DNA from: an uncultured Prochlorococcus sp.
GTDB lineage: Bacteria > Cyanobacteriota > Cyanobacteriia > PCC-6307 > Cyanobiaceae
Direction: 5' to 3'
Assembly: GCA_902576415.1 (NCBI GenBank)
Contig: CACGVZ010000002.1
Coordinates: 11,852 to 75,851, forward strand
Length of the DNA: 64,000 nucleotides
The position numbers and the translations under genes were made by a program. Positions 51,147 through 63,756 of the stretch are shown here, in pieces; positions within the stretch are counted from its first letter, which is position 1; each line of letters starts with the position of its first letter. Under the pieces are notes generated by a model. That model searched no databases. It was not told the DNA's origin and saw only the letters and a program-made list of their open reading frames with translations.

Positions 51147-53144
51147 ATGGGTCAAATAATTGGAATTGATTTAGGTACTACTAACTCTGTTGTAGGAGTT
51201 ATTGAAGCTGGTCGTCCAATTATTATTGCAAATTCTGAAGGGTCTAGAACTACACCTTCTATAGTTGGTTTTACAAAAGAAAGAGAAATCGTTATAGGAG
51301 ATCAAGCAAGAAGACAGCTTGTATTAAATCCAAAAAATACTTTTTATAACTTAAAGAGATTCATCGGTAGCGACTGGGATGAATTAGATGAGAATAGTAT
51401 TTCTGTTCCTTATAATGTTAAAGCTAATAAAAATGGAAGTGTAAGGGTTCTTAGTCCAAATACAGAAAGAGAATATGCTCCTGAAGAGTTAGTTAGTTCA
51501 TTAATCAGAAAATTAATTAATGACGCAGAGACATATCTTGGAGATACTATTGACTCCGCTGTTATTACTGTCCCTGCTTATTTTAATGAATCACAGAGGC
51601 AAGCTACGAAGGATTCTGCGATATTAGCTGGAATTAAAGTAGATAGAATTCTAAATGAACCTACTGCGGCTGCTTTAGCTTATGGCTTTGAAAAAAGTTC
51701 TTCTAATAATGTTTTGGTTTTTGATTTAGGAGGAGGAACATTTGATGTTTCATTATTGAAAATTTCTAATGGTGTATTTGACGTTAAAGCCACTTGTGGG
51801 GATACACAGCTAGGAGGAAACAATTTTGATTCAAAAATAGTTGATTGGCTTGCAGAAAAATTTCTTGCTAAACATGATATTGATCTTAGAAGGGATAGAC
51901 AAGCGCTACAGAGATTAACTGAGGCTGCTGAAAAAGCTAAATGTGAATTGTCAGGATTACAAAAAACAAAAATATCATTACCTTTTATCACGACAAGTAA
52001 AGAGGGGCCTTTACATATTGAAGAAACTTTAGACAGACAAATATTTGAATCATTATCACAAGATTTATTAGATAGATTATTAGAGCCTGTGCAAATAGCT
52101 TTAGATGATTCTGGATGGGAAGCAGAAGATATTGATGAGGTAGTTCTTGTAGGTGGCAGCACAAGAATTCCAATGGTTCAACAATTAGTTAAGACACTTG
52201 TTCCTAATGAACCTTGTCAATCTGTTAATCCCGATGAAGTTGTTGCAGTCGGCGCTGCAATACAGTCTGGAATTATTAGTGGTGATTTACAAGATTTACT
52301 CCTAAATGACGTTACTCCTCTATCTTTAGGTTTAGAAACTATTGGTGGACTTATGAAGGTACTTATACCTCGTAATACGCCAATACCAGTTAGGCAATCT
52401 GATGTTTTTAGTACTTCGGAAGCTAATCAATCATCAGTGGTTGTTCAAGTAATGCAAGGAGAAAGGCCTTTAGCCTCTGAAAATAAATCACTTGGTAAAT
52501 TTAGATTATCAGGAATACCTCCAGCTCCAAGGGGAATACCCCAAGTCCAGGTAGCTTTTGATATTGATGCTAATGGTCTTTTAGAAGTAAGTGCAACTGA
52601 TAGAACAACCGGAAGAAAGCAAACAGTTTCAATTTCAGGAGGTTCTAATTTAAATGAACAAGAAATAAATTCGATAATTGAAGAAGCTAAAACAAAAGCT
52701 AGTGAAGATAGAAAGAAGAGATCTGTTATTGATAGGAAAAATAGTGCTTTAACTCTTATTGCTCAAGCTGAAAGAAGACTTAGAGATGCTTCTTTAGAAT
52801 TTGGACCTTATGGGGCTGAAAGACAACAACGAGCTGTTGAATTGGCCATTCAAGATGTTGAAGATTACATAGATAATGATGATCCTCAAGAATTAGAAAT
52901 TTCAGTAAGTGCTCTCCAAGAAGCATTATTTGGTTTAAACAGAAAATTTGCTGCAGAAAAGAAAACTGATAATAATCCATTACAGAGCATTAAAAATACT
53001 TTTGGCTCATTAAAGGATGAGTTGTTCTCAGATGATTATTGGGATGATGACCCTTGGGATAATCAAATGAATAGAAATTATAAAAATTCGAGGTATGGTA
53101 ATTCTAGGGATGATGATCCATGGGACAATGACTATTTCCTCTAA
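51147..53144 (+). CDS. dnaK: chaperone DnaK (paralogue with acidic Trp-containing tail)
   Basis: GIDLGTTNS, DLGGGTFD and VGGSTRIP. Confidence 0.97.
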   Translation: MGQIIGIDLGTTNSVVGVIEAGRPIIIANSEGSRTTPSIVGFTKEREIVIGDQARRQLVLNPKNTFYNLKRFIGSDWDELDENSISVPYNVKANKNGSVRVLSPNTEREYAPEELVSSLIRKLINDAETYLGDTIDSAVITVPAYFNESQRQATKDSAILAGIKVDRILNEPTAAALAYGFEKSSSNNVLVFDLGGGTFDVSLLKISNGVFDVKATCGDTQLGGNNFDSKIVDWLAEKFLAKHDIDLRRDRQALQRLTEAAEKAKCELSGLQKTKISLPFITTSKEGPLHIEETLDRQIFESLSQDLLDRLLEPVQIALDDSGWEAEDIDEVVLVGGSTRIPMVQQLVKTLVPNEPCQSVNPDEVVAVGAAIQSGIISGDLQDLLLNDVTPLSLGLETIGGLMKVLIPRNTPIPVRQSDVFSTSEANQSSVVVQVMQGERPLASENKSLGKFRLSGIPPAPRGIPQVQVAFDIDANGLLEVSATDRTTGRKQTVSISGGSNLNEQEINSIIEEAKTKASEDRKKRSVIDRKNSALTLIAQAERRLRDASLEFGPYGAERQQRAVELAIQDVEDYIDNDDPQELEISVSALQEALFGLNRKFAAEKKTDNNPLQSIKNTFGSLKDELFSDDYWDDDPWDNQMNRNYKNSRYGNSRDDDPWDNDYFL

Positions 53145-54054
53145 AAAAGACTATTTGTCGATTTTGGGTTTATCCTCAAATTTCGACGATAAAGAACTTA
53201 AAAAAGCCTTTCGAAGAGAAGCAAGAAAATGGCATCCAGATTTAAATAAAAATGATCTAAATGCAGAAGAGAGATTTAAATTAATTAACGAAGCATATAA
53301 ATACTTACGTGATCCAAATAAAAGAAATGAAAGATCGTATGAAGATATTTCGGAAGAATACGAAAATAATAATTTCAAGACAGGCTTTCCTGATTTTCAA
53401 GATTATCTTGATTCATTATTTGGATATGAATACACAGCCACGAATTACGAAAAATACGATGATGACCCACTTGGAGATGAATCTCTAAATGTAGAGAACG
53501 ATGAGTTTAATAATTATGAATACCCAACACCCTCTCCAGAAGAGCCTCCTCCAGTTAAACTCCACCAAGATATTGAAACAATTATTGAATTAACTCCTGA
53601 CGAGGCCTTAAATGGAGCTTCAATTTTAATTGAACTTGAAGATGAAACTGTGGTTGAAGTTGATACCCCTCCTTTTGCTGGAGATGGATGGAGATTAAGA
53701 CTAGAAAATATTGCAATGGGAGGAAAAGATCATTATCTACAGTTAAAAGTTCAGACGGAAAATGGTCTAAGAATTGATGGTTTACGAGTTCTATATAAAT
53801 TAGAGTTACTTCCTCATGATGCTCTTCTCGGTTGTGCAGTAGAGGTTCCTACCCTTGATGGAAATGTCACACTTCAAGTACCTCCAAAGTCATCTACCGG
53901 TAGAATGCTACGTTTGAAAGGTAGAGGCTTAAAATACGAAGATAATGTAGGTGATCAATATGTTGAAATTTTATTAGTTATACCTGCTGATATTAATGAT
54001 GAAGAAATCGCTTTATATACAAGATTACAAGAACTATCACTTTCTGATTCCTAA
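53128..54054 (+). CDS. DnaJ-class co-chaperone (no zinc finger)
   Basis: J-domain ARKWHPDLN, C-terminal VPTLDG…LRLKGRG; overlaps the dnaK stop by 17 bp. Confidence 0.9.
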   Translation: MTISSKKDYLSILGLSSNFDDKELKKAFRREARKWHPDLNKNDLNAEERFKLINEAYKYLRDPNKRNERSYEDISEEYENNNFKTGFPDFQDYLDSLFGYEYTATNYEKYDDDPLGDESLNVENDEFNNYEYPTPSPEEPPPVKLHQDIETIIELTPDEALNGASILIELEDETVVEVDTPPFAGDGWRLRLENIAMGGKDHYLQLKVQTENGLRIDGLRVLYKLELLPHDALLGCAVEVPTLDGNVTLQVPPKSSTGRMLRLKGRGLKYEDNVGDQYVEILLVIPADINDEEIALYTRLQELSLSDS

Positions 54055-54088
54055 TCAAATATTATATAAAAAGAAAAAATTGCCTCTT

Positions 54089-54472
54089 ATGAACATATTT
54101 GTTCTTTTATATAATTCAGGAACAGATAAGGAAGGAATTCATTCAATTGAACTTAAAGGAAGGACAATTGTTCTTATGTTTGAAGATAAGGACGATGCAA
54201 TAAGATATTGCGGTCTACTTGAAGCTCAAGATTTTCCATTGCCTACAGTTGAAATGATCGATATAGAGGAAATAAAAGATTTCTGCATTAAATTAGACTA
54301 TGAATTCAAATTAGTAGAAAAAAATTTTGTTCCCAAAACAGCTGAAGATAGGTTACTAATTTCACCACCTCAGAAAAACCTAGATGTTGAAGATTGGGAG
54401 GAAGATAAAAATAAAAATAAAGAAAATATTGATATAAATACCATTAAGGAAAACCTTGAAAAGTTACTTTAG
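54089..54472 (+). CDS. conserved cyanobacterial protein (DUF3110-like)
   Basis: [15 protein letters not shown]…[21 protein letters not shown]. Confidence 0.82.
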   Translation: MNIFVLLYNSGTDKEGIHSIELKGRTIVLMFEDKDDAIRYCGLLEAQDFPLPTVEMIDIEEIKDFCIKLDYEFKLVEKNFVPKTAEDRLLISPPQKNLDVEDWEEDKNKNKENIDINTIKENLEKLL

Positions 54473-54504
54473 GGTTTAAGATATTAACTATCTATTATAA
54501 AAGA

Positions 54505-54942
54505 ATGACAAAAGCATTATTTGAAACAGAAGTAGGAAATATAAATATTGAATTTTTTCCTGAAGATGCTCCTAAAACAGTTAAAAATTTCACAAAGTTA
54601 ATAAGTGATGGTTTTTATGATGGTTTAGCATTTCACAGAGTAATTCCAGGATTTATGGCTCAGGGTGGATGTCCAAATACTCGTAATGGAGCATCTGGTA
54701 TGCCTGGAACAGGAGGTCCTGGATATAATATTAAATGCGAAATCAATTCTAATAAACATCTAAAAGGGTCACTTTCTATGGCTCATGCAGGAAAAGATAC
54801 TGGTGGTAGTCAGTTTTTCATAGTTTATGAACCACAGCCCCATTTAGATGGAGTTCATACAGTTTTTGGTAAGACAGATGATATGGATGTAGTGCTTAAG
54901 CTTACTAATGGTTCAAAGATTTTAAAAGCAACTTTAAAATAG
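54505..54942 (+). CDS. ppiB: cyclophilin-type peptidyl-prolyl isomerase
   Basis: [29 protein letters not shown] and HTVFG. Confidence 0.93.
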   Translation: MTKALFETEVGNINIEFFPEDAPKTVKNFTKLISDGFYDGLAFHRVIPGFMAQGGCPNTRNGASGMPGTGGPGYNIKCEINSNKHLKGSLSMAHAGKDTGGSQFFIVYEPQPHLDGVHTVFGKTDDMDVVLKLTNGSKILKATLK

Positions 54943-54946
54943 TAAT

Positions 54947-56671
54947 TTAGCCTTCAAAAACGATACTAAATGTATCTTTATCTAAATTAAATTTTCTTGT
55001 AGAGGAATATAAGATTTCATTATTAGTAGTGAATTTAGTATTGATTAATTTGATACTACTTTTTGGATGTAATGCTTGTTCAATGTTTCTTGAGACGATA
55101 ATTCCAATCTTTGTACTATTTTCATAATTGGATAAAAACTGAATAAATAATTCTATATTTTTTATTTCTTTATCCGTAATGTTTGAATTGGTTCTATTCT
55201 GATCATGCAAAATTCGCCAAACTAATTTTGGGCGATTCCAAAAAGCCAATAATCTTGGTGTACTTTCAAGTTTAATATTAATGTTATGATCACTACAAAA
55301 TTTAATAACGTTATTTTTTATTGGAACAAGATCAATAGATTTATATATACCGTCAAGAAAAATTGATATAAAAGGATCTATATTCCTGGAATTAGGATTA
55401 TCTTCATCAATCATATGGCCAAGTTTCGTTTTTTTAACACTCAAATATTCTGCATTATTATCGTTTGGACAAATTACTAATGGAACTCTCTCAATAACCT
55501 CTATTCCATAGCCTCCTAATCCAGCAATCTTTCTAGGGTTATTTGTAAGTAATTTTAGTTTTTTTATCCCTAGATCTGTTAATATCTGTGCTCCAACTCC
55601 ATAATTTCTTAGATCAGCTGGAAAACCTAATTTTTCGTTAGCTTCTACTGTATCTAATCCACCATCCTGTAAACTGTAAGCTTTTAATTTATTTATTAGA
55701 CCAATACCTCTACCTTCTTGTCTCAAGTAAACAACAACTCCCTCTTCTTCCTTTTCTATCCTTGATAAAGCTGCTTCTAACTGGGGTCTACAATCACAAC
55801 GTAATGATCCAAAAGCATCGCCAGTTAAGCACTCAGAATGCATTCTTACTAGTACAGGTTCGCTTAATTTTGATGATTTTTGTTTGACTAATGCAACGTG
55901 CTCTGAACCATCAAGTTCATTAACATATCCATAAGCTTTAAAATTACCAAAAATACTTGGAAGTACAGCATCGGATTTTCTAAATACAAATCTCTCATTT
56001 TGAAACCGATAACTTATTAAATCGGCTATGGATATTAATTTCATTCCCCACTGTTTTGCATACTCTTTAAGTTGTGGAAGTCTTGACATGGAACCGTCAG
56101 GATTTTGTATTTCACAAATTACTCCAGCGGGATAAAGACCTGACATTGCCGCAATATCTACTGCTGCTTCGGTATGACCTGCCCTCTTTAATACTCCCCC
56201 TTTTTTAGCTCTTAATGGGAAAATATGTCCTGGTCTCCTTAAATCTTCAGGTTTTGTATTTGGGTTTATAGCAACTTGAATAGTCTTCGCCCTGTCTTCA
56301 GCGGAAATTCCAGTAGTAACATTATTTTCAGGTCCAGCATCAATTGATATCGTAAAGGCTGTTTGATTTTCATCTGTATTTCTATCTACCATTAATGGTA
56401 AATCTAAAGAGTCAAGTTTTTCACCTTGCATAGCTAGGCATATAAGACCACGTCCCTCAGTAGCCATAAAATTAATTTGCTGAGGTGTTGCAAACTGAGC
56501 CGCACATATTAAATCTCCTTCATTTTCCCTCCTTTCATCATCTACCACAATTATGCATTCGCCATTTCTTATAGCTGCCAACGCATCACTAATAGGATCA
56601 AATTCAATTTTAAAAGATTCATTTATATCCAAAATTGTTCCATTATTTGATTTGGGACTTGTTTCTTTCAT
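54947..56671 (-). CDS. ribBA: bifunctional DHBP synthase / GTP cyclohydrolase II
   Basis: [29 protein letters not shown] and QEGRGIG. Confidence 0.96.
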   Translation of the reverse strand: MKETSPKSNNGTILDINESFKIEFDPISDALAAIRNGECIIVVDDERRENEGDLICAAQFATPQQINFMATEGRGLICLAMQGEKLDSLDLPLMVDRNTDENQTAFTISIDAGPENNVTTGISAEDRAKTIQVAINPNTKPEDLRRPGHIFPLRAKKGGVLKRAGHTEAAVDIAAMSGLYPAGVICEIQNPDGSMSRLPQLKEYAKQWGMKLISIADLISYRFQNERFVFRKSDAVLPSIFGNFKAYGYVNELDGSEHVALVKQKSSKLSEPVLVRMHSECLTGDAFGSLRCDCRPQLEAALSRIEKEEEGVVVYLRQEGRGIGLINKLKAYSLQDGGLDTVEANEKLGFPADLRNYGVGAQILTDLGIKKLKLLTNNPRKIAGLGGYGIEVIERVPLVICPNDNNAEYLSVKKTKLGHMIDEDNPNSRNIDPFISIFLDGIYKSIDLVPIKNNVIKFCSDHNINIKLESTPRLLAFWNRPKLVWRILHDQNRTNSNITDKEIKNIELFIQFLSNYENSTKIGIIVSRNIEQALHPKSSIKLINTKFTTNNEILYSSTRKFNLDKDTFSIVFEG

Positions 56672-56759
56672 TATTCCTATCAATATAGAAAAATAGGGTT
56701 TTAGTTACCTTAAATTCAACACTTTATAATCCTATCTCAAAGTCTGCCAATCCAAAGAA

Positions 56760-57815
56760 ATGAATGTTGCAATTGTAGGTGCTACTGGTTACGGCGGTAT
56801 TCAAGCGGTAAATCTTTTAAAGAAAAATAAAAATCACAAAATTTCATTTTTAGGAGGTAACAAAACTTCTGGATCAAAGTGGAATGATAATTTTCCTTTT
56901 ATTTATCTAGATAATGATCCTTATATAGAAGAAATATCAATAGATAATATTTCAAAAAATGCAGATGTTGCTTTGCTTTGCTTACCAAATGGCCTATCCT
57001 CAACATTGACAAGGAAATTACTAAATAGAGGACTTAAAGTTATAGATTTATCTGCTGATTACAGATATAAGTTATTAGATGAATGGGAAAAAGTATATTC
57101 CAAAGAAGCCGCTATTTATAAAAGAAATGATGATGATTTATGTAAAGAAGCAGTCTATGGTCTTCCTGAAATTAATAAAGAAGCTATTTCAAAAGGAAGA
57201 TTAATTGCCTGTCCAGGATGTTATCCAACATCTGCTCTTATTCCATTAGCTCCTTATCTCTCACAGGGAATTATTGAAAATGAAGGTATAGTAATTGACT
57301 CTAAAAGCGGAACCTCTGGAGGTGGTCGAGAACCAAACCAAAAGCTACTCTTATCAGAATGTGGAGAAGGTTTATCAGCATATGGATTGATTAACCATAG
57401 ACATACCTCAGAGATCGAGCAAGTGGCATCTTTAATTTCTGGAAATAAAATTGAACTGCTTTTTACACCTCATTTGGTTCCAATTTCAAGGGGCATGCAT
57501 TCGACTATATATGCGAGATTAAGAGATCCAGGATTAACATCTGATGATTGCAGAATTCTTTTGGATAATTATTATAGAAATTTTAAAAATATTAATGTTT
57601 TACCTGTGGATACATTCCCATCAACAAAATGGGTTAAGAATACAAACCAAATATTTCTTTCTGTTAAAGTTGATATTCGAAATGGAAGGATTATTATTTT
57701 ATCTGTAATTGATAATTTGTTAAAAGGTCAGACTGGGCAAGCAATTCAAAATTTAAATATTATGAGTGGATTTTCTATGGATGAAGGTCTTGAGTTAACT
57801 AATAATTATCCATAA
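56760..57815 (+). CDS. argC: N-acetyl-gamma-glutamyl-phosphate reductase
   Basis: GATGYGG, DLSADYR, CPGCYPT and DNLLKG. Confidence 0.96.
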   Translation: MNVAIVGATGYGGIQAVNLLKKNKNHKISFLGGNKTSGSKWNDNFPFIYLDNDPYIEEISIDNISKNADVALLCLPNGLSSTLTRKLLNRGLKVIDLSADYRYKLLDEWEKVYSKEAAIYKRNDDDLCKEAVYGLPEINKEAISKGRLIACPGCYPTSALIPLAPYLSQGIIENEGIVIDSKSGTSGGGREPNQKLLLSECGEGLSAYGLINHRHTSEIEQVASLISGNKIELLFTPHLVPISRGMHSTIYARLRDPGLTSDDCRILLDNYYRNFKNINVLPVDTFPSTKWVKNTNQIFLSVKVDIRNGRIIILSVIDNLLKGQTGQAIQNLNIMSGFSMDEGLELTNNYP

Positions 57816-58455
57816 TATTACTTCTTATCAAAAAACCTGCATGAGAGATTGAGTGAGGTAAAATTTTATGTTCAAGCATTTGTATTCTTTTGGAAAGTGA
57901 TTCAATATCATCATCTTTTCTAATAGACAATGCAGCTTGCATTATCAATGATCCACTATCTACCTCCTCTTCAACAAAATGTACTGAACAACCAGTTATT
58001 TTTGAACCATTTGATAAAGAGTCCTTTATCGCAGAACCACCTTTATATGCTGGAAGTAATGAAGGGTGAATATTTATTATCTTATTCTTAAATTTATTAA
58101 TAAAAAATGGAGTAACAATTTTCATCCAGCCTGCCATAACAACAAGTTCAACATCATAATGAATTAAAGTATTTACAATTTCTAATTCAAATGCTTCTTT
58201 TTGCAAAAAGTCATTGCCTCTTATAATTTTGTGAGGTATTTTTTTAATTTCAGCTCTCTTTATACAACCTGCATCATCTTTGTTAGTTATTAGAACTTTT
58301 ATATCTATATCTAATTCTCCTTTTTCTGAGAGATTAATTAATTCCTGAAAGTTTGTTCCTGTTCCAGAAGCAAGTACACCTATTTTTAATTTTGGGGAAA
58401 ATCTTCTAAATTGAGATATCTCAGGCGAAATTATGTAATTAAATGATCTATCCAA
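57799..58455 (-). CDS. purN: phosphoribosylglycinamide formyltransferase
   Basis: ASGTGTNF, NIHPSLLP and GCSVHFV.EEVDSG. Confidence 0.95.
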   Translation of the reverse strand: MDRSFNYIISPEISQFRRFSPKLKIGVLASGTGTNFQELINLSEKGELDIDIKVLITNKDDAGCIKRAEIKKIPHKIIRGNDFLQKEAFELEIVNTLIHYDVELVVMAGWMKIVTPFFINKFKNKIINIHPSLLPAYKGGSAIKDSLSNGSKITGCSVHFVEEEVDSGSLIMQAALSIRKDDDIESLSKRIQMLEHKILPHSISHAGFLIRSNIMDNY

Positions 58456-58637
58456 AGTTTTTTCTTTTATCCAATAATAAATTCATATGAAATAAAAAAA
58501 ACCCTTGATTTTAATTGTTTATATTCACAAACATATTTATTTGAAGATAATAATTTAAAGAAATTTAAATGATTCAAATCTATGTACTATTCGTATAGAT
58601 ATAATTAAATAATAAATAAAAGAAACAAATATATAAA

Positions 58638-60221
58638 ATGAATGGAGATTTAAACTCTTGGGATAAATTTTGTAATTATCTTTGGTTTGATAAAAAATTA
58701 AATATTTGGTTAGACATAAGCAAAATTAATTTCACAGGTAAAGAGATAAAAAATTTAGAAGATAAATTTATAGATGTTTTTTCATCAATAAAAGATTTAG
58801 AAAATGGTGCAATCTCAAATATTGATGAAAATAGACAAGTTGGACATTATTGGCTTAGAAATCCATCAATTTCACCCTCTTCAAAAATAGAAGAGGAAAT
58901 TAGAGCTGATATTAATGCAATCTCTGAATTTGGAAAACAAATTTTAAATGGAAATATTAAGAATAAGAATAATCAACAATTTACTGATGTTCTATGGGTA
59001 GGAATTGGTGGAAGTGGTTTAGGACCATTACTTATTACAGAATCACTGCAAAAGTGTTCTAGAGGCTTAAAATTTTCCTATATCGATAATGTTGATCCTT
59101 TTTTAATTAGCGAAAAGTTAGAAGAATTATCTGAAAAATTATCAACGACATTATTTGTAGTAGTAAGCAAATCAGGTGGTACGCCTGAACCTAGAATTGC
59201 TATGGAAATTATTAAAAGTCACTGCGAACAGAATTCTCTTGAATGGAATTCTAATGCTATAGCTATAACTATGAAAGATAGTAAGTTATTTAAAAAAGCC
59301 ACTTCTGAAAATTGGTTAAAAATATTCAATTTGCAAGATTGGGTTGGAGGAAGAACTAGTATTACAAGCTCTGTGGGATTACTTCCATTAGCTCTTATTA
59401 ATGAAAATGTATTTGAATTTCTAAAAGGTGCATCATTAATGGATGAAGCCACACGTATAAGTGATTTTAAAAATAATCCAGCAGCACTATTATCATCAGC
59501 ATGGTATTTAACTGGGGATGGTATTGGAAAGAGAGATATGGTGGTATTACCTTATAGAGATAGGTTACAGGTATTTAGTAAATATCTCCAGCAATTAGTA
59601 ATGGAATCATTAGGTAAGAAATTTAATAGGAATGGTGAAGTAGTTAATCAAGGTATTTCCGTTTTTGGTAATAAAGGATCTACAGATCAACATGCTTATG
59701 TTCAGCAACTTAGAGATGGTATTGATAATTTCTTTTGTATTTTTATAGAATTATTAGATTCTCCATCTACTAATATTTTTGATGAAAAAGAGAATCCTAA
59801 AGAATATCTTTCTGGTTTTTTGCAAGGAACCAGATCAGCACTTTCTAGTGAAAACAGACAAAGTATCACTATTACTTTAGAAAAGTTAAATTGTTTTTCA
59901 CTAGGTGCCTTAATCGCTTTATTTGAGAGGGCTGTATCCTTCTACGCTGAATTGGTAAATATAAATGCATATGATCAACCTGGAGTTGAAGCTGGAAAGA
60001 AAGCAGCTTCAAATATTATTGATTATCAACAAAAAGTAAGTAATTTATTAGATAAAGGTGGAGAATATTCTATAAATGACATAACATCATTATTTGATAA
60101 TTCAGTGAGTGAACCTATATTTTTTATACTTCGTGAAATGTGTTTCGGTAATGATAATTATTTAGTTAAGGGCGATTGGTCAAATCCAAATTCATTAGTT
60201 ATTCAAAAAATAAATTCTTAA
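58638..60221 (+). CDS. pgi: glucose-6-phosphate isomerase
   Basis: [33 protein letters not shown] and DQPGVEAGK. Confidence 0.97.
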   Translation: MNGDLNSWDKFCNYLWFDKKLNIWLDISKINFTGKEIKNLEDKFIDVFSSIKDLENGAISNIDENRQVGHYWLRNPSISPSSKIEEEIRADINAISEFGKQILNGNIKNKNNQQFTDVLWVGIGGSGLGPLLITESLQKCSRGLKFSYIDNVDPFLISEKLEELSEKLSTTLFVVVSKSGGTPEPRIAMEIIKSHCEQNSLEWNSNAIAITMKDSKLFKKATSENWLKIFNLQDWVGGRTSITSSVGLLPLALINENVFEFLKGASLMDEATRISDFKNNPAALLSSAWYLTGDGIGKRDMVVLPYRDRLQVFSKYLQQLVMESLGKKFNRNGEVVNQGISVFGNKGSTDQHAYVQQLRDGIDNFFCIFIELLDSPSTNIFDEKENPKEYLSGFLQGTRSALSSENRQSITITLEKLNCFSLGALIALFERAVSFYAELVNINAYDQPGVEAGKKAASNIIDYQQKVSNLLDKGGEYSINDITSLFDNSVSEPIFFILREMCFGNDNYLVKGDWSNPNSLVIQKINS

Positions 60222-62788
60222 ACAACAATACTCATAATTTTTCCTTTAACAATAATTATTTTTCTTATTTCTTTATCTTGCGTCCATTTTAATATGTTAG
60301 GTCTCTTAAGAGTCAATTCTTTAATTTGATCTTCATTCATATCATTATTAATATTTACTTTGTCTCTAACTTTCCCATTCACTTGTATTACTAGTTCATA
60401 TGAATCTTCCTTTAGTGCATCGGCATTAAATGAAGGCCAGCGTTCTAAATGCACAGATTTTTTAAATCCTATAAGATGCCATATTTCTTCTGCAATATGA
60501 GGTGCAAATGGAGCCAGCAAAATACAAAAAGTTTTTAAAGCATCAATTTTTAAATTATTGTTTACTTCATTAATGGAATTTGATAATGAATTATAAAACT
60601 TCATTAGTTCTGAAATAGCTGTATTAAATTGGTTATTTAATATGTCATTTGAAATTTCTTTTATAGCTATATTCATTGACTTTATTAAACTTTTTTCTTT
60701 ATCTGGATAGGAATTAGATTTACTATTTATATCTTTTGTACAATTTATATAAAGCTTCCAAATCCTGCTTAAAAATCTAAATTGCCCTTCAACATCTGTA
60801 TCTCCCCATTCCAAATCTTTTTCCGGCGGTGCTTTAAATAATATAAACATTCTTGCTGTATCAGCTCCATATTTTTTAATTACTGATTCAGGATCTATTC
60901 CGTTATATTTTGACTTAGACATCTTTTCGAAAAGAACTTCTAGTTTGGTATTGTCAATTGGATCTGTAGGATTTGATAAGTCAGTAATATCGGAAGGAGA
61001 AACATATTTACCCGTTTTATTGTTTTTATAGGCTGCGGCCTGAACCATTCCTTGCGTTAATAGTTTTTTGAAAGGTTCATCAATATCAAATAGATCATTA
61101 TCTCGCAAAGCTTTAGTGAAAAATCTTGCATATAACAAATGCAATATTGCATGCTCTACTCCTCCAACATATTGATCTACAGGCAACCACTTATTAATTT
61201 CATTCTTTTCAAATGGCTTAGTTGAACATTTTGAAGATGGGTATCTTAAAAAATACCAAGATGAACACATGAAAGTGTCCATAGTATCAGTTTCTTTTCT
61301 TGCCGCTATTCCACATTTTGGACATGTTGTATTTATCCAATTATTATTATCACCTAAAGCATTAATCTTGTTAGCGGAAATTTCTATATCTTTTGGTAAT
61401 GAAACAGGCAAATCCGATTGGTTTAAAGGAACAGCTCCACATTTTTTGCAATTAACGATGGGTATCGGACATCCCCAATATCTTTGTCTAGATATTAACC
61501 AATCTCTTAAACGATATTGAATCTTATTTTTGGCCCATCCATTATTTACTCCCTCCTCTGAAATTTTTAATTTAGCAATAGTATTAGCTATGCCATTGTA
61601 TTGATTTGAATTAATTAGATATCCATTTTCTACATAAGCATTATCAAGCTCCTTAATTTGTTTACTTTTATCCTTTACTAATACCTGTTTAATATCTATT
61701 TTGTTTTTCTTAGCAAACTCAAAATCCCTTATATCATGAGCAGGTACACCCATAACAGCGCCGGTACCGTATTCATCAAGAACATAACTAGCCACCCAAA
61801 TAGGTATAGGTTCAGAATTAACTGGATTTATTGCTATTAGGCTCGTTTTTATTCCAATTTTTTCAAGTTCATTGTGTTTATTTTTTTTCAAATATTGTTT
61901 AAGTTTTTCTATATCTTGTAATGTTGCCTTATTAGAAATTTTTTTAATTAATGAATGATTAACAGAAATTGCTAAATAAGTTACTCCAAATAAAGTATCA
62001 GGTCTTGTTGTGAATACTGTTATTTTCTCTTTTGGATTAGTAATAATATTGAAATTAATATTTGTACCAATTGATTTTCCTATCCAATTATCCTGCATTA
62101 TTTTTACTCTTTCTGGCCAGTTATCTAATTTTTCTAAATCCTTCAATAATTCATCCGCATAATTAGTAATCCTTAAAAACCATTGCTTTAATAATTTTTT
62201 TTCAACTAGTGCCCCAGATCTCCAAGATTTACCCTCTGAGTCAACTTGTTCATTCGCTAAGACCGTATTATCTATAGGATCCCAATTAACTTCTGATTCC
62301 TTTTGATATACAAGACCTGCCTTGTATAACTCTAAAAATAGAAATTGTGTCCAAACATAGTAATTTTCATCACAAGTTGCAAATTCTCTATCCCAATCAA
62401 CTGATAGTCCCAAAAGCTTTAACTGTGACTTCATATGAGAAATATTTTTTTTAGTCCAAACACTTGGACTAATTCCTCTTTCAATCGCTGCATTCTCAGC
62501 AGGCAAACCAAAAGCGTCCCAACCCATTGGATGTAAAACAGATTTGCCCTTAAACCTTTGGAACCGAGCTATTAAGTCTGTAATAACATAATTCCTAACA
62601 TGTCCCATATGAAGATTACCTGAAGGGTAGGGAAACATTGATAAGGCATAAAATTTTTCACTATTCTCAATTAATTCATCGGTTTTGTATAAATTGTTTT
62701 CTGTCCATATTGACTGCCATTTTTTTTCTATTTCAGATGGATTATATAAATTGGTATCGGACTCATATTGTTGATCGGGAGAAATCAC
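60218..62788 (-). CDS. leuS: leucine--tRNA ligase
   Basis: MFPYPSG.LHMGH, KMSKS, and editing domain TTRPDT…[12 protein letters not shown]. Confidence 0.98.
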   Translation of the reverse strand: MISPDQQYESDTNLYNPSEIEKKWQSIWTENNLYKTDELIENSEKFYALSMFPYPSGNLHMGHVRNYVITDLIARFQRFKGKSVLHPMGWDAFGLPAENAAIERGISPSVWTKKNISHMKSQLKLLGLSVDWDREFATCDENYYVWTQFLFLELYKAGLVYQKESEVNWDPIDNTVLANEQVDSEGKSWRSGALVEKKLLKQWFLRITNYADELLKDLEKLDNWPERVKIMQDNWIGKSIGTNINFNIITNPKEKITVFTTRPDTLFGVTYLAISVNHSLIKKISNKATLQDIEKLKQYLKKNKHNELEKIGIKTSLIAINPVNSEPIPIWVASYVLDEYGTGAVMGVPAHDIRDFEFAKKNKIDIKQVLVKDKSKQIKELDNAYVENGYLINSNQYNGIANTIAKLKISEEGVNNGWAKNKIQYRLRDWLISRQRYWGCPIPIVNCKKCGAVPLNQSDLPVSLPKDIEISANKINALGDNNNWINTTCPKCGIAARKETDTMDTFMCSSWYFLRYPSSKCSTKPFEKNEINKWLPVDQYVGGVEHAILHLLYARFFTKALRDNDLFDIDEPFKKLLTQGMVQAAAYKNNKTGKYVSPSDITDLSNPTDPIDNTKLEVLFEKMSKSKYNGIDPESVIKKYGADTARMFILFKAPPEKDLEWGDTDVEGQFRFLSRIWKLYINCTKDINSKSNSYPDKEKSLIKSMNIAIKEISNDILNNQFNTAISELMKFYNSLSNSINEVNNNLKIDALKTFCILLAPFAPHIAEEIWHLIGFKKSVHLERWPSFNADALKEDSYELVIQVNGKVRDKVNINNDMNEDQIKELTLKRPNILKWTQDKEIRKIIIVKGKIMSIVV

Positions 62789-62895
62789 TTAATTTTTATT
62801 TGTTAAATTATTATTTTAATATCCATTGTATAAAATAGAAATAGTTTGTTAAAAGGAATAATTTATAATTAAAATTTAAAATAAATTATCTACAA

Positions 62896-63756
62896 ATGAA
62901 AAATATAACTTTTGAAAAATATCAAGGTAACGGAAATGATTTCGTACTAATTGATTCTAGAGGTAATGATTTATATAAAAATTACAAGACAAATAAAATA
63001 TTTGATATAAAACAAATTTGCAACAGGCAATTTGGTATTGGAGCAGATGGTGTGATTTTTATAGAAGAACCTAATGAAGATAATTATGCAAAAATGATTA
63101 TTTTTAATTCTGATGGCTCTGAAGCACAAATGTGTGGAAACGGAATTAGGTGTTTAGTTGAGTATCTCCACATAAATGATTCGATGAATAATATAAATAA
63201 GGAATATAAAATTGAGACTAAAGCAGGTTTAAAAATTGCAAAATATATAAATGATGAAATTACAGTAAAAATGGGAGTCCCAATTTTAGAATGTCAAAAC
63301 ATTCCAACAACAATTGAAAAAAAAATAAATTCAATTCCATCACACGAATTTATAGAGAATGATTTTAATAATATGGGTTATGCCGTAGGAATGGGAAATC
63401 CTCATTTAATATTCTTTGTAAAAGACATAGATTCAATTGTTCTTTCCAGACTTGGTCCTATATTTGAAAAAAATGAATTATTTCCTGAAAAAACTAATGT
63501 GCATTTTTGTCAAATTTTAAATAGAGATAATATCAAAGTAAAAGTATGGGAAAGGGGTGCAGGAGCAACCTTAGCTTGTGGTACAGGTGCCTGTGCTATC
63601 CATGTAGCAGCCTATAAATTAGGCCTTTGTAATTCACAAACCATAATAACTTTACCAGGAGGTAATCTTAAAATTGATTGGTCAAAAGATAATTATGAAG
63701 TCATGATGACCGGTAATGCTAAAAAGGTTTTCTCAGGATCAATGTTAGTAAATTGA
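62896..63756 (+). CDS. dapF: diaminopimelate epimerase
   Basis: GNGNDF, MCGNGIRC, GNPH and ERGAG.TLACGTG. Confidence 0.97.
   Translation: MKNITFEKYQGNGNDFVLIDSRGNDLYKNYKTNKIFDIKQICNRQFGIGADGVIFIEEPNEDNYAKMIIFNSDGSEAQMCGNGIRCLVEYLHINDSMNNINKEYKIETKAGLKIAKYINDEITVKMGVPILECQNIPTTIEKKINSIPSHEFIENDFNNMGYAVGMGNPHLIFFVKDIDSIVLSRLGPIFEKNELFPEKTNVHFCQILNRDNIKVKVWERGAGATLACGTGACAIHVAAYKLGLCNSQTIITLPGGNLKIDWSKDNYEVMMTGNAKKVFSGSMLVN

Noticed and set aside
58575-58602. TGTACTA upstream of pgi as a LexA site
   Set aside because: Only a half-site; the left arm does not match
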